In this document: piece by piece, positions 55,029-64,000 of the stretch | How the letters are laid out: the number at the start of each line of letters is the position of its first letter | How positions within the stretch are numbered: the stretch's first letter is position 1 | IMG/VR virus record: IMGVR_UViG_2684623125_000003 | Coordinates: 3,873-67,872 of that record | Source: a virus | Lineage: Duplodnaviria > Caudoviricetes | Reading direction: 5' to 3' (one strand) | Length of the DNA: 64,000 nt | Translations under genes and position numbers: made by a program | The notes under the pieces: generated by a model | Told to the model about the DNA's origin: nothing | Seen by the model: only the letters and a program-made list of their open reading frames with translations | The model's database searches: none

Positions 55029-56924
55029 ATGGCCTGGATGGAAAAACTGATGATGCAGGTGGCCCTGGTTGACCAGGTGACCCGCCCCCTCGCCGGCATC
55101 CAGCGCCAGATGGACGAGGTGAGCCGGTCCGGCCGCCAGGGGTGGGCCAACATGGCCATGGGCGCCACCACGGTCGCAGCCGGCGGCATGGCGATCCAGA
55201 CCGCGCTCGGTCCGGCCATCGAGCTGGACCGCGCCCTGGGTGAAGTGGCCTCGCTCGGGGTGGCCAAGGAGACCCTGGCGCAGCTCGGCCACACAGCGCT
55301 GACCACCTCGGTCAACTATGGCCGCTCAGCGGTCGACATGGTGCGTGCCTCCTACGACATCCAGTCGGCGATCGCCGGGCTGGAAGGGGGCGAGCTGCCC
55401 GCGTTTGCCCGGGCCTCAGAGGTGCTGGCCATGGCGACCAAGGCCGACACCGCCACCATCACCAACTACATGGGCACCCTATTCGGAATTTTTGAGCAGC
55501 AGGCCAACGCCATGGGCAAGGCCAACTGGGTCGAAGACGTGGCTGGCAAAACCGCGCTGGCGGTGCAGATGTTCAAGACCACCGGCCAGGGGATGGCCGA
55601 TGCCTTCGGCGCGATCGGGGCCAACGCCACCGCCGCCGGAGTCTCGATGGATGAGCAGTTCGCCGTGTTCGGTCAGCTGCAAGCCACCATGAGCGGCGGC
55701 GAGGCGGGCACCAAGTTCAAGGCCTTCCTGGCCGGGGTCGGCAATGCCCAGAAGGCCCTCGGCCTGCAGTTCACCGACGCCGCCGGCAACATGCTGCCGG
55801 TGCTGAACATCCTGGAGCAACTCAAGACGCGCTACGGCGAGACCCTGAGCGTGGCCGAGGGCGACGAGCTCAAGAAAGCCTTTGGCTCCGACGAGGCGGT
55901 GGCCATGGTCAAACTGCTGATGACCAACACCCAGGCACTGGCCGGTAACATCAACGCCCTGGCCAACACCCACGGCATGGGCAAGGCCGAGCAGATGGCG
56001 GCCAGCATGACCGACCAATGGCAACGGGTGGAGCAGGCCTGGTTCGCCATCAGGGCGGCGGCCTTCTCCACCATCCTGCCCGCCATCAACGGCGTGGTCG
56101 GGGTGTTTGCCGACGGGGCCATGGTGGTGCTGCGCTGGACCCAGCTCTTCCCCAACCTCACCAAAGTGGTGAGCTATACGCTGCTCGCCATCGTGGGACT
56201 GGGGATGGTCACCGGCACCTGGATGCTGATAGCCGGCATCGCCAAGATGGCTACCCTCGGCTGGGGCATCGCCCTCGGCGCCATCATGGCGCCCCTCAAC
56301 CTGCTCAAGGCTGGGTTGGTGACCTTCCGGGCCATCATGCTGGCGGTCAATATCGCCATGTACGCCAATCCCATCGGCCTCATCATCGCCGGCATCGTGC
56401 TGCTGATCGGCGCCGTGGCGGCGGCAATCTACTACTGGGACGATCTCAAGGCCGTGCTGGCCGACTGGGGCGTGTTCACCGCCATGGAGCAGGTGATCAA
56501 CACCCTCGGCCAGGGGTGGGATGCCTTTCTCGGCGTGCTCGGTAACCTGAGCCCGTTCCAATTGCTGGGTGATGCGGTGCGGGGCCTGATCGATCTGCTC
56601 AACACCATTCCGGGGGTCAATATCGACCTGGGCGGACGTCTGAGCGTTCCTGAGCCGGCCAGCTTCGCGCCCCTCGTTGATAACGGTCTGATTCCCCAAG
56701 CCCAGCGGCACGTCGCCGCCCCCATTGCGCGCTATCGGGAGGCGTCGACGACGCTCACCCCGCCGGGTGGGCTGGGCCAGCAACTGGTGCAGGCCAACGC
56801 TCGCGCCAGCGCCGCCAACCAAAAGCCTGGCAAAAGCCTGCAAATTGGCGAGGTGCACCTGCACAGCCAGCAGCCCATGACCCCTGAGCAGATGGCACAA
56901 AACGCCTGGTTGGAGACCCCATGA
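55029..56924 (+). CDS. Tape measure protein (631 aa)
   Basis: Homolog of 19229-21283. Confidence 0.93.
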   Translation: MAWMEKLMMQVALVDQVTRPLAGIQRQMDEVSRSGRQGWANMAMGATTVAAGGMAIQTALGPAIELDRALGEVASLGVAKETLAQLGHTALTTSVNYGRSAVDMVRASYDIQSAIAGLEGGELPAFARASEVLAMATKADTATITNYMGTLFGIFEQQANAMGKANWVEDVAGKTALAVQMFKTTGQGMADAFGAIGANATAAGVSMDEQFAVFGQLQATMSGGEAGTKFKAFLAGVGNAQKALGLQFTDAAGNMLPVLNILEQLKTRYGETLSVAEGDELKKAFGSDEAVAMVKLLMTNTQALAGNINALANTHGMGKAEQMAASMTDQWQRVEQAWFAIRAAAFSTILPAINGVVGVFADGAMVVLRWTQLFPNLTKVVSYTLLAIVGLGMVTGTWMLIAGIAKMATLGWGIALGAIMAPLNLLKAGLVTFRAIMLAVNIAMYANPIGLIIAGIVLLIGAVAAAIYYWDDLKAVLADWGVFTAMEQVINTLGQGWDAFLGVLGNLSPFQLLGDAVRGLIDLLNTIPGVNIDLGGRLSVPEPASFAPLVDNGLIPQAQRHVAAPIARYREASTTLTPPGGLGQQLVQANARASAANQKPGKSLQIGEVHLHSQQPMTPEQMAQNAWLETP

Positions 56925-57241
56925 TGACCAAATACGTCGACATCCTGGTCGAGGGCGGGGCCTGGGTGCTGGATGCCGGCAGCCAGCCGCGCCTCACCGC
57001 CGATCGCCACAGCATCGGCCAAGACATCAAGCACCGCATCATGGAATCGGGGCTGGCCCGCAAGCTCGTCGGCGAGCGCAGCCCAACCCTTCGCGCCGAT
57101 GTGATGACCGAAATCGAGCTGCTGGTCGAGCTCGACGAACGGCTGATCCCGGGCACCATCGAGATCCGCGAGGAAGCACCCGACCGGCTGCGGATCACCG
57201 CAACAACCTACGACTTCGGCCCCCTGGAGGTTGCCCTATGA
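56921..57241 (+). CDS. Baseplate wedge gpW-like
   Basis: SIGQDIKHRIMESGL. Confidence 0.85.
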   Translation: MMTKYVDILVEGGAWVLDAGSQPRLTADRHSIGQDIKHRIMESGLARKLVGERSPTLRADVMTEIELLVELDERLIPGTIEIREEAPDRLRITATTYDFGPLEVAL

Positions 57242-58416
57242 TGCGTCCCACCGTCGATTTCATGCGCCTGTTGGGTGAAAGCGGCATTCCTACTACCGCC
57301 GAGGCCATGGAGGCCGAGCTGAAACACGAAGCCGAGGCCGCCGGCTCGCTCATCTCCAACGACAGCGATGTGTCGCCGTTCTGGCGCCTGGTGCGCGCCG
57401 TGGTCATCGCGCCGGCCTTGTGGATCATCACCACCCTGCTGGCCAAGCATGTACTGCCAAACACATTCGCCGCCACCGCCAAGGGGTACTACCTACGGCT
57501 CAAGGCGTGGGATGTGGGGCTGACCGTCAAGGAGGCACAGGCAGCGCGCGGCATCGTCGAGTTTATCAAGCGTGACCCCAGCGCCAGTCTGACCATCCCG
57601 GCCACCCTGTGGATCACCACAGAGCGCATCGAGGGCAACGTCTACCGCCTGCGTCCTCTGCAAAGCGTGATCTCCCCTGCCGGCGAGCCGGTTGCCCGGG
57701 TGATGTGTGAGGCCGAGCACCCGGGGAGCGCCTGGAATCTGGCACCGGGTTATTACAACCAGACCAGCGAGCCGCTCGAGGGGATCGCGGCGATCGCCAA
57801 TCCGGCCGGATGGCTGACACGGCCGGGCGCCGATGCCGAAGGTGACGACGAACTGGCCCTGCGGATCCGCAATCAGTTCTCCACCGGGGGACGTTTCCAT
57901 ATCGATTCGGTGTACCGGGCCGCCCTGGCCCAGGTCGCGGGGATCCGCAGCGATCTGATCTTCTTTCAGCACGACGCCCCGCGTGGTCCAGGCACGGCCA
58001 ACGCCCTGGTGATGCTCGAGGTGGGTGCGGTTCCCCCGTCACTCGTGGCCACCCTGAACACCTATCTCGCCGCGGGCAACCATGGCCACGGTGACGACCT
58101 GCAGGTGATGGCCATTCCCGAAACCCAGCATACCCTGCATCTGACCGCCTGGGGCACGGGGACACTGACCGATGAACAGAAACGCGATCTCAAAGGGGAG
58201 ATAGAAAACGCCATTGGTGCGGCCTTTCGCCAGCACGCAGCCTACCCCACGATCACCCGGGTGATGCCCCTGCAGCGTTTCTCCATGTCACGACTCGGCG
58301 CCGAGCTACATGGCCTGTTTCCGACGCTCACCAGTTTGCACATCGATGAAGCCGACATCGTGCCCGGCCTGACCCTGCCACGACTGATCCGGCTTGAGGT
58401 GACGCTGCATGACTGA
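57238..58416 (+). CDS. Baseplate J-like
   Basis: SPFWRLV. Confidence 0.9.
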   Translation: MMRPTVDFMRLLGESGIPTTAEAMEAELKHEAEAAGSLISNDSDVSPFWRLVRAVVIAPALWIITTLLAKHVLPNTFAATAKGYYLRLKAWDVGLTVKEAQAARGIVEFIKRDPSASLTIPATLWITTERIEGNVYRLRPLQSVISPAGEPVARVMCEAEHPGSAWNLAPGYYNQTSEPLEGIAAIANPAGWLTRPGADAEGDDELALRIRNQFSTGGRFHIDSVYRAALAQVAGIRSDLIFFQHDAPRGPGTANALVMLEVGAVPPSLVATLNTYLAAGNHGHGDDLQVMAIPETQHTLHLTAWGTGTLTDEQKRDLKGEIENAIGAAFRQHAAYPTITRVMPLQRFSMSRLGAELHGLFPTLTSLHIDEADIVPGLTLPRLIRLEVTLHD

Positions 58417-59092
58417 GCGCCCCGATCACGAATTGCTGGCCCCTTCACTGCCCTCACCGCTCACCCCCTGGTGGGAGGATGGCACGACGCTGACCGAGGG
58501 GGTCGCCGAGCCGGCCATGTTGGCCACCGGCATCATGGGATTCTGGCAACGGATCCGCCGCGCCATCTTGCTGCCGCTCTATGCCACCGACGCCCTGCGC
58601 TGCGATGAGGCGATGCTGGATCTGCTTGCCTGGGAGCGAGACATCACCCGCTTTGCCGGTGAGCCGCTCGATGTCTACCGCCGCCGGGTGCACTTCGCCT
58701 TTGTTAACGCCCAGGACGCCGGGCAGGCCGCCGGTTTTGTGCGCATCTTCGAACGCTTCGGGATCACCCTGCGCCAGCAGATGGAGCGCATTGAGGGGAT
58801 GGACTGGGACCTGGTGCTGGTGCTGCTTGATGAGCACACCCCGCAGCTGCAAGAGCGCTTGGCCACCGCCCTGATCACACACTACCGCCGCACCTGCCGC
58901 CGCTATAGCGTCGGGGTCACCGCATCGACGAACCAACAAGCCGGCGCCACACACTTTGCCGCCGGTTTTCACACCCAGACCGCCACCGCCCGCATCGACA
59001 TGGCGGGGACGGTCTGGGCCAACCACACACGGGCCGCCCAGCCCGTCACGGCCCATTACCATACGACGGAGGCAACATGGCCGAAATCCTGA
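58409..59092 (+). CDS. gpI-like tail protein
   Basis: LLAWERDITRF. Confidence 0.88.
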   Translation: MTERPDHELLAPSLPSPLTPWWEDGTTLTEGVAEPAMLATGIMGFWQRIRRAILLPLYATDALRCDEAMLDLLAWERDITRFAGEPLDVYRRRVHFAFVNAQDAGQAAGFVRIFERFGITLRQQMERIEGMDWDLVLVLLDEHTPQLQERLATALITHYRRTCRRYSVGVTASTNQQAGATHFAAGFHTQTATARIDMAGTVWANHTRAAQPVTAHYHTTEATWPKS

Positions 59093-59847
59093 ATCGGGGC
59101 ATGATGCTCATCACCCAGAATCTGGCACTGAATCAGCCCACCCCCATCAATCAGGTGGTGCTGGCCTACAAGAGTGGCCTCGATTACACCACCCCGGTTA
59201 ACCCGGACGAGCCGGACCCCGCGCCGGCCGAGGTGGTGTACCGGGGCGCGGTGACCAAGGCAGCGGCGATTACCCCCGACAAGGTGGTCTATTCCCTGTT
59301 ACTCGAGCCCACGCTGGGCCCCTTTACCTTCAACTGGATGGGACTGGTTGCCAGTGACGGCACCCTGGTTGCGGTCTCTTATCTGCCGGATACGGTCAAG
59401 TTGGCCAAGGACGAGAGCCAGGCCGGGGACACCCTGATCCGCAACTTCATCCTGGCGTTCGCCAGGGCCAGCGCCACGTTGGATGTGACCATCTCGCCGG
59501 AGACCTGGCAGTTTGATTTCACCGACTACATCAACACCAGTATTCGGCAGGGTTTCGCTGCGGCTCAGATTGAACAGGACCTTCCATTGCCCGAACCCGG
59601 CAAGCCGTGCCCCTCTTATCTGCGCTTCATGCAAGGGGCCAAGGTGACACTTCTGCCGGAATGGCCCAACGGTAGCCGATTTGTGGCCGAGGTGGATTGG
59701 GGAGTCAATCTGGCTAACGCCCCCTGCTTGCTACAGGCCGATAGCAGCATCTTGACCCCAAACGGACCCGCTGACGTCGTGAAGTTGGTCGAGACCGGTC
59801 GCCAGTTCGTATTCATCAAAATTAACGGTCAATGGAGGGCATCATGA
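59077..59847 (+). CDS. Short tail-fibre anchor protein
   Basis: Homolog of 23457-24239. Confidence 0.85.
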   Translation: MAEILNRGMMLITQNLALNQPTPINQVVLAYKSGLDYTTPVNPDEPDPAPAEVVYRGAVTKAAAITPDKVVYSLLLEPTLGPFTFNWMGLVASDGTLVAVSYLPDTVKLAKDESQAGDTLIRNFILAFARASATLDVTISPETWQFDFTDYINTSIRQGFAAAQIEQDLPLPEPGKPCPSYLRFMQGAKVTLLPEWPNGSRFVAEVDWGVNLANAPCLLQADSSILTPNGPADVVKLVETGRQFVFIKINGQWRAS

Positions 59848-60737
59848 CCACGGTAAGTTTGGGTGGAAGTGTGCCCGCCAGCTTTGGCCGCTTCCGTAAC
59901 GCCATCGAAGTGTTTGACATCCAGCCGGGTACACGGCAGCTCACGATTCCCAACGGTTGGAGCCGGATCCGTGTGGCCGTGGAAGGCGCCGGCGGCGGCA
60001 CACGCGTGAGGCGTGTATCTAACGGAACCCACGGAGACAGTGGAGGCTCCGGTGGCGGGGGGTATGCCGAGATAGTCATCGATGTGGTGCCAGGCCAGAC
60101 CTTTACATACACAGTGGGTCAAGCCGGTGATATTAACGCTGATGGTGGAACATCCAGCTTCGGGGGCCTCATCTCAGCAACCGGAGGGAAAACCGCGACC
60201 GATATTACTGACACGGTATCTCAAGGCGGCGACGGCGGCATGGGGATCGGTGGCGACATCAACACAGCAGGTGGTCGCGGCGGAAATGGCTTTGACGCAT
60301 CAGGTGGCGGCGCCGGTGGTGGTGGGGCAAGTGGCCACCGCTACGGCAATGGTGGAAACGGCGGCCATGGAGCAGCATCCGGTGTAGGAGGAAGTGGCGG
60401 TGGATGGGGCGGCTCAGCCAATGGGACAACGCCCGGTCCCTCTATGAATCGAGCCTTACTGTTTGATGACGGATTCGGTCTCGGCATTACAGAGTTCGAT
60501 CCCCCCATCACCAGTCAACTGAACTCAGATGCGGCATATGGTCGTGTGGGTGAGGGCGGTGTTGGGTCAACCAGTCGAATTTTGCCAAATCTGGGAGCTG
60601 GCGCTGGAGCCAGTTTGCAAAATGGCACATCCGTTGGACCCCGCTCCGCAGGTCTGGGGGGAGGCGCAGCAGGGGGACCTGCATCAGTTGCTGGCAAAGG
60701 CGGCGTCGGTGCTGTGATCGTGGAGGTATTGGGATGA
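59844..60737 (+). CDS. Glycine-rich putative adhesin
   Basis: Homolog of 24236-25096 with variable loops. Confidence 0.75.
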   Translation: MTTVSLGGSVPASFGRFRNAIEVFDIQPGTRQLTIPNGWSRIRVAVEGAGGGTRVRRVSNGTHGDSGGSGGGGYAEIVIDVVPGQTFTYTVGQAGDINADGGTSSFGGLISATGGKTATDITDTVSQGGDGGMGIGGDINTAGGRGGNGFDASGGGAGGGGASGHRYGNGGNGGHGAASGVGGSGGGWGGSANGTTPGPSMNRALLFDDGFGLGITEFDPPITSQLNSDAAYGRVGEGGVGSTSRILPNLGAGAGASLQNGTSVGPRSAGLGGGAAGGPASVAGKGGVGAVIVEVLG

Positions 60738-60961
60738 AGTTTTACGCTCGATTGATTAAAAACCGCGTGACAGAAGTCTGGAACGATGGGGGGCTGAACA
60801 TCACCCCTCACGATGTGCACGTTCCTTCCATCGCCAGTGAGTTTATCCCCTGCCCGGAGACGGTGCAGCCCGGCGCCACCCGGGTGGGTGAAGAGTGGAT
60901 TAACCCGCCCCCGGTGGAGCCTGCACTCCCTCCTGAAGAGATGCCGGAGCCCATTCAATGA
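60734..60961 (+). CDS. Small tail-fibre-associated protein
   Basis: MKFYARLIKNRVTEVWNDGG. Confidence 0.75.
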   Translation: MKFYARLIKNRVTEVWNDGGLNITPHDVHVPSIASEFIPCPETVQPGATRVGEEWINPPPVEPALPPEEMPEPIQ

Positions 60962-61833
60962 GCTGGCGGCAGACTACGCTCGCCGTTCCCCCCAGCCTGG
61001 TGGATGTATGCAGCCAAACCAGCGGGGTGCTCGATGCCATCCCGGCCGAGCAGGAGCAGGCCCTGCAACGGTTAACGGCCCTCGGCGAACGGGCCGGATG
61101 GCGCCGCCACCCCCTCGGAGCGCTCGCACAACCCCATTCAATGTTGCGAGCACAGTGGGAGGCCTGGCTGGCGCAAGGGTGGGCGCTGACCGTGACCCCC
61201 TTTCAGCATCGGGTGGCCTTGCGCCCGGGCACCTTGTCGGCCCCCAATGCCATCAAGGCCCTGATCGCCAAACTGCGCGACCAGGACGATCCGCTGCGCC
61301 CCTCCGGCCCGTTGTTCGCCATCGGTTGGATGGTCGCGGCCAGATCGCACGATGAGCTGGCCAGTCGCCTGCAGCCACTTTGCCAGGCGCTCCCGCTGCC
61401 GGACTGGTGCGCCGTGCTGCGCCGGTTACAGGCACAAAACGACCCCATGCAACAACCCAAGACACCGACGTCGCCGCATTGGAGCCCGAGACAGCCGCTG
61501 ATCTGGGATCCGCTGCGCCAGGCGCGCCGCGTCAGCGGGAGCGTGCTCGGCACCATCGAGAGCCTGGCGAGCGATGCCGCGACACCGCTCGCCAAACTGG
61601 CCCGTCTGGCCGAGAAGAAGGCGGCACATCTGGCGCAGGAGCAGGCGGTCATCACCGATCTGCAGGCGGCAATAGCCGGGACGTTATGGCGCTGGCAGGG
61701 GCACGGCGAGGTGGAGAGTCTGGCCAGCGAGCTGGAGCGATCGCTCCCGGATGACCATACCTCTTGCGCGACGGTGGCGAGTCTCTTGCTCTCCCCCGCC
61801 CCGCTCACCTTCTGGCAGGAGTTGACCCCATGA
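60958..61833 (+). CDS. Conserved tail-region protein
   Basis: Homolog of 25308-26189. Confidence 0.75.
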   Translation: MSWRQTTLAVPPSLVDVCSQTSGVLDAIPAEQEQALQRLTALGERAGWRRHPLGALAQPHSMLRAQWEAWLAQGWALTVTPFQHRVALRPGTLSAPNAIKALIAKLRDQDDPLRPSGPLFAIGWMVAARSHDELASRLQPLCQALPLPDWCAVLRRLQAQNDPMQQPKTPTSPHWSPRQPLIWDPLRQARRVSGSVLGTIESLASDAATPLAKLARLAEKKAAHLAQEQAVITDLQAAIAGTLWRWQGHGEVESLASELERSLPDDHTSCATVASLLLSPAPLTFWQELTP

Positions 61834-62390
61834 ATACCACCATGCTGACCCTGGATGGGGAACCGGTCGTGATGCAGTCCCTGCGCATCACCGCATCGAT
61901 GCAGTTCCAGGACAAGGACCAGAGCGGACAGACCAGCTCAACCAGCAGCGCCGAGCAGGGGGCCAAGGCCAAGGAGCTGGACGTGATGGGACTTATCCCC
62001 TTCAAAGATGAGCGCCACTTGGCCCGCCTCTTTGAACTGGCCGATGCCAAGGGGGACGGCGACAAACGCCATGTCTACCGGGTCGGCTCCCTGCTGGCCA
62101 AAACCATTAAGGTACGCCAGGCCAAGTTTGCCGGCCGCATCACCGCCAGCGAGCAAGAGGGGCTGCTGGCCTGGCAGGTACAGTTCACCTTGCGCGAACA
62201 CAACTCGGTACCGGAGAAGAAAGAGCAGCGCAGAACGCAGCCCACCCTGACCGTAGGCCAGCACACCGACAACACGCGCGCCAGTAAACCGCCCACCAGT
62301 GCTGGCCTATCGCAAGACACATCTGGCAGCCCGGATTTGAGCTGGTTCGAGCGGAGCGTACTCAAGCCCATGGATGATGCACTCGGATGA
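61830..62390 (+). CDS. Putative baseplate protein
   Basis: Homolog of 26186-26737. Confidence 0.75.
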   Translation: MNTTMLTLDGEPVVMQSLRITASMQFQDKDQSGQTSSTSSAEQGAKAKELDVMGLIPFKDERHLARLFELADAKGDGDKRHVYRVGSLLAKTIKVRQAKFAGRITASEQEGLLAWQVQFTLREHNSVPEKKEQRRTQPTLTVGQHTDNTRASKPPTSAGLSQDTSGSPDLSWFERSVLKPMDDALG

Positions 62391-64000
62391 AACTGACCAC
62401 CCAAGCCGCCATCAGCGGCCAGCCCGTACACCTGGTGAGCCATGATATGGTGCTCGACCTCTCGGCCGGTGGCCGCGCCGCCCTGGTGATCGAGGGCGAT
62501 GCCAAACCCAACCAGGTGGTGACCGTCGATCTCGGGTATAACGATGCCGTGCGCCGCTGGTTTGTGGGCTATGTCGAATCCACAGCCCCGGCAGAGCGCG
62601 GTGCCACCCGCTTGATGGTACGCGAGCTCGCCGGCCTGCTCGCCAAACGCTATCCGGTCAGCCAGCAGCACGCTACCCTGCGCGGCCTGCTCGACTGGTT
62701 GGCCAGCCAAAGCGGCCTCACCTTCTTGCTGCCCGAGGGGGCCGACTACACCGATACGCCCATCCCCAACTTCACCAGCGCCGGCACCGGATACCAGCTG
62801 CTTGAACACGCCGGCCGAGCCTTTGCCGTGCCGGATTTTTGCTGGTACCAGCAACCCGATGGCGCCATCTATGTGGGCAGCCACGCCCACAGCCGTTGGC
62901 ACAATAGGGCTGTCACTCTGGATGCAAGCTGGTCATCCAAACAAACCGGCGACACCCTCACCCTCTCCCCGGTGCCCACTATCCGGCCCGGCGCTATGCT
63001 CAACGGCCAGCGGGTGACCCGGGTACGCCTGACCGGGGATCAGATGAGCCTGACCCTGACTCAGAAGGGAAAGCCGGCTCAAAGCACAGAGCGGCGCAAG
63101 CTCGAGCGGGAGTTCCCCGAGTTGGCCGACAAGATGCACCTGCCCGCGTTTGCCCGGGTCGAGGCCATCAGCGACAGGGCCGCCGCCGGACAGCTCAATG
63201 ACCCCTATCGCCCCCGCTATGCCGTCGACGTGCAACTCCTGGGCGAGGATGGCGAGCCAGACAACGCGGCCCCGCTCTATCGCGCGGTTCCACTACCCGT
63301 CATGTTCGGCGGTCCCGAGCAGGGGCTGCTGCAGTTCCCCGACGTGGGAAGCCTGGTCGAGCTGGGGTTTGCCTTCGGCCGCGCCGATCGCCCCTTCATT
63401 CGCACCATACTGGGCACCGAGTGGCCACTACCAAATATCGCCCCGGGTGAGCAGTTGCAGCAGCAACGGGCCGAGGTACAACAGCGCACCGACCAGGTAG
63501 GCAACCAGCACCGCGTCACCGACCGGGATCAGCGCGACGAGGCGTACACCATGCACCCCGTAGCCGATGTGTACTCGGCAGAGTTTGGCAGCCACCGTAT
63601 GCAGGTGAGCCAACACAGCATCGAGGAGGTGGGCGGCATCAAGCAGGTGGAGGCCCTGGGCGCCATCGAGCTGCTGGCCGGGGATGACCTGGTTCTGGGC
63701 AGCCTTGGCAACATGAGCCAGACCACTGCCGGCGATCTGGTGGAGGTGGTGGGCCAACTGCGCCGGGCTGTTGCCGGCGAGCTGCAACACCTGGAGGCGC
63801 CCCGTTCGTGGATGGGGAGCGAGGGGGTGAACATCTTCCGCCTGCTGCATCAGCTGATGCAGGTGGTGGAACAACTGGCGGCCACCACATCAAGCCACAC
63901 CCACCCAGGAGTAGGGCAACCCAACCAGGCCAGCACCTTCAACGGCCAGAGCACCCAGGCCAAGACACTGGCAAGCACCCTGTCCCCCATCATCGAGTAA
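62387..64000 (+). CDS. Baseplate hub-spike fusion
   Basis: Homolog of 26734-28347; SHTHP motif. Confidence 0.8.
   Translation: MKLTTQAAISGQPVHLVSHDMVLDLSAGGRAALVIEGDAKPNQVVTVDLGYNDAVRRWFVGYVESTAPAERGATRLMVRELAGLLAKRYPVSQQHATLRGLLDWLASQSGLTFLLPEGADYTDTPIPNFTSAGTGYQLLEHAGRAFAVPDFCWYQQPDGAIYVGSHAHSRWHNRAVTLDASWSSKQTGDTLTLSPVPTIRPGAMLNGQRVTRVRLTGDQMSLTLTQKGKPAQSTERRKLEREFPELADKMHLPAFARVEAISDRAAAGQLNDPYRPRYAVDVQLLGEDGEPDNAAPLYRAVPLPVMFGGPEQGLLQFPDVGSLVELGFAFGRADRPFIRTILGTEWPLPNIAPGEQLQQQRAEVQQRTDQVGNQHRVTDRDQRDEAYTMHPVADVYSAEFGSHRMQVSQHSIEEVGGIKQVEALGAIELLAGDDLVLGSLGNMSQTTAGDLVEVVGQLRRAVAGELQHLEAPRSWMGSEGVNIFRLLHQLMQVVEQLAATTSSHTHPGVGQPNQASTFNGQSTQAKTLASTLSPIIE

Larger units (their letters stand above)
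30509..64000. mobile_element. Prophage 2 (P2x), P2/HP1/K139-like; right end outside the window
   Basis: int-membrane gene-cI-cox-cII-rep-ogr-head-tail gene order. Confidence 0.95.

Noticed and set aside
30509-64000. Assembly duplication of one prophage
   Set aside because: The two copies differ throughout in sequence, immunity module, morons and gene order

Overview
The window is almost entirely two tandem, related but heteroimmune P2-like (HP1/K139/phiO18P-type) temperate prophages in a roughly 60% GC host, probably Aeromonas (inference). Prophage 1 (P1) runs from before base 1 to about 30562, and prophage 2 (P2x) from about 30509 to beyond 64000. They meet at the 3' half of a tRNA-Leu(CAA), which forms a hybrid attP-like junction. 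P1 has a lambdoid cI/cro switch with four operator-like sites, an IS2-like insertion with a 5-bp target duplication, and a right-end cassette made of a PBECR/RelE-like nuclease gene converging on a predicted pseudoknotted ncRNA of about 165 nt. P2x has an S24 repressor, a membrane protein between cI and int, a low-GC EEP-nuclease two-gene cassette, a LexA-controlled umuDC, and a frameshifted terminase. Comparing the two phages exposes conserved cis signals: an antisense sRNA of about 70 nt over the RBS of a small early gene, LexA boxes hidden in the last codons of the portal gene upstream of ogr, identical late-promoter inverted repeats, near-identical rolling-circle origins, and a three-gene glycine-rich tail tip. 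All family assignments come from motif recognition by eye; no database searches were run.
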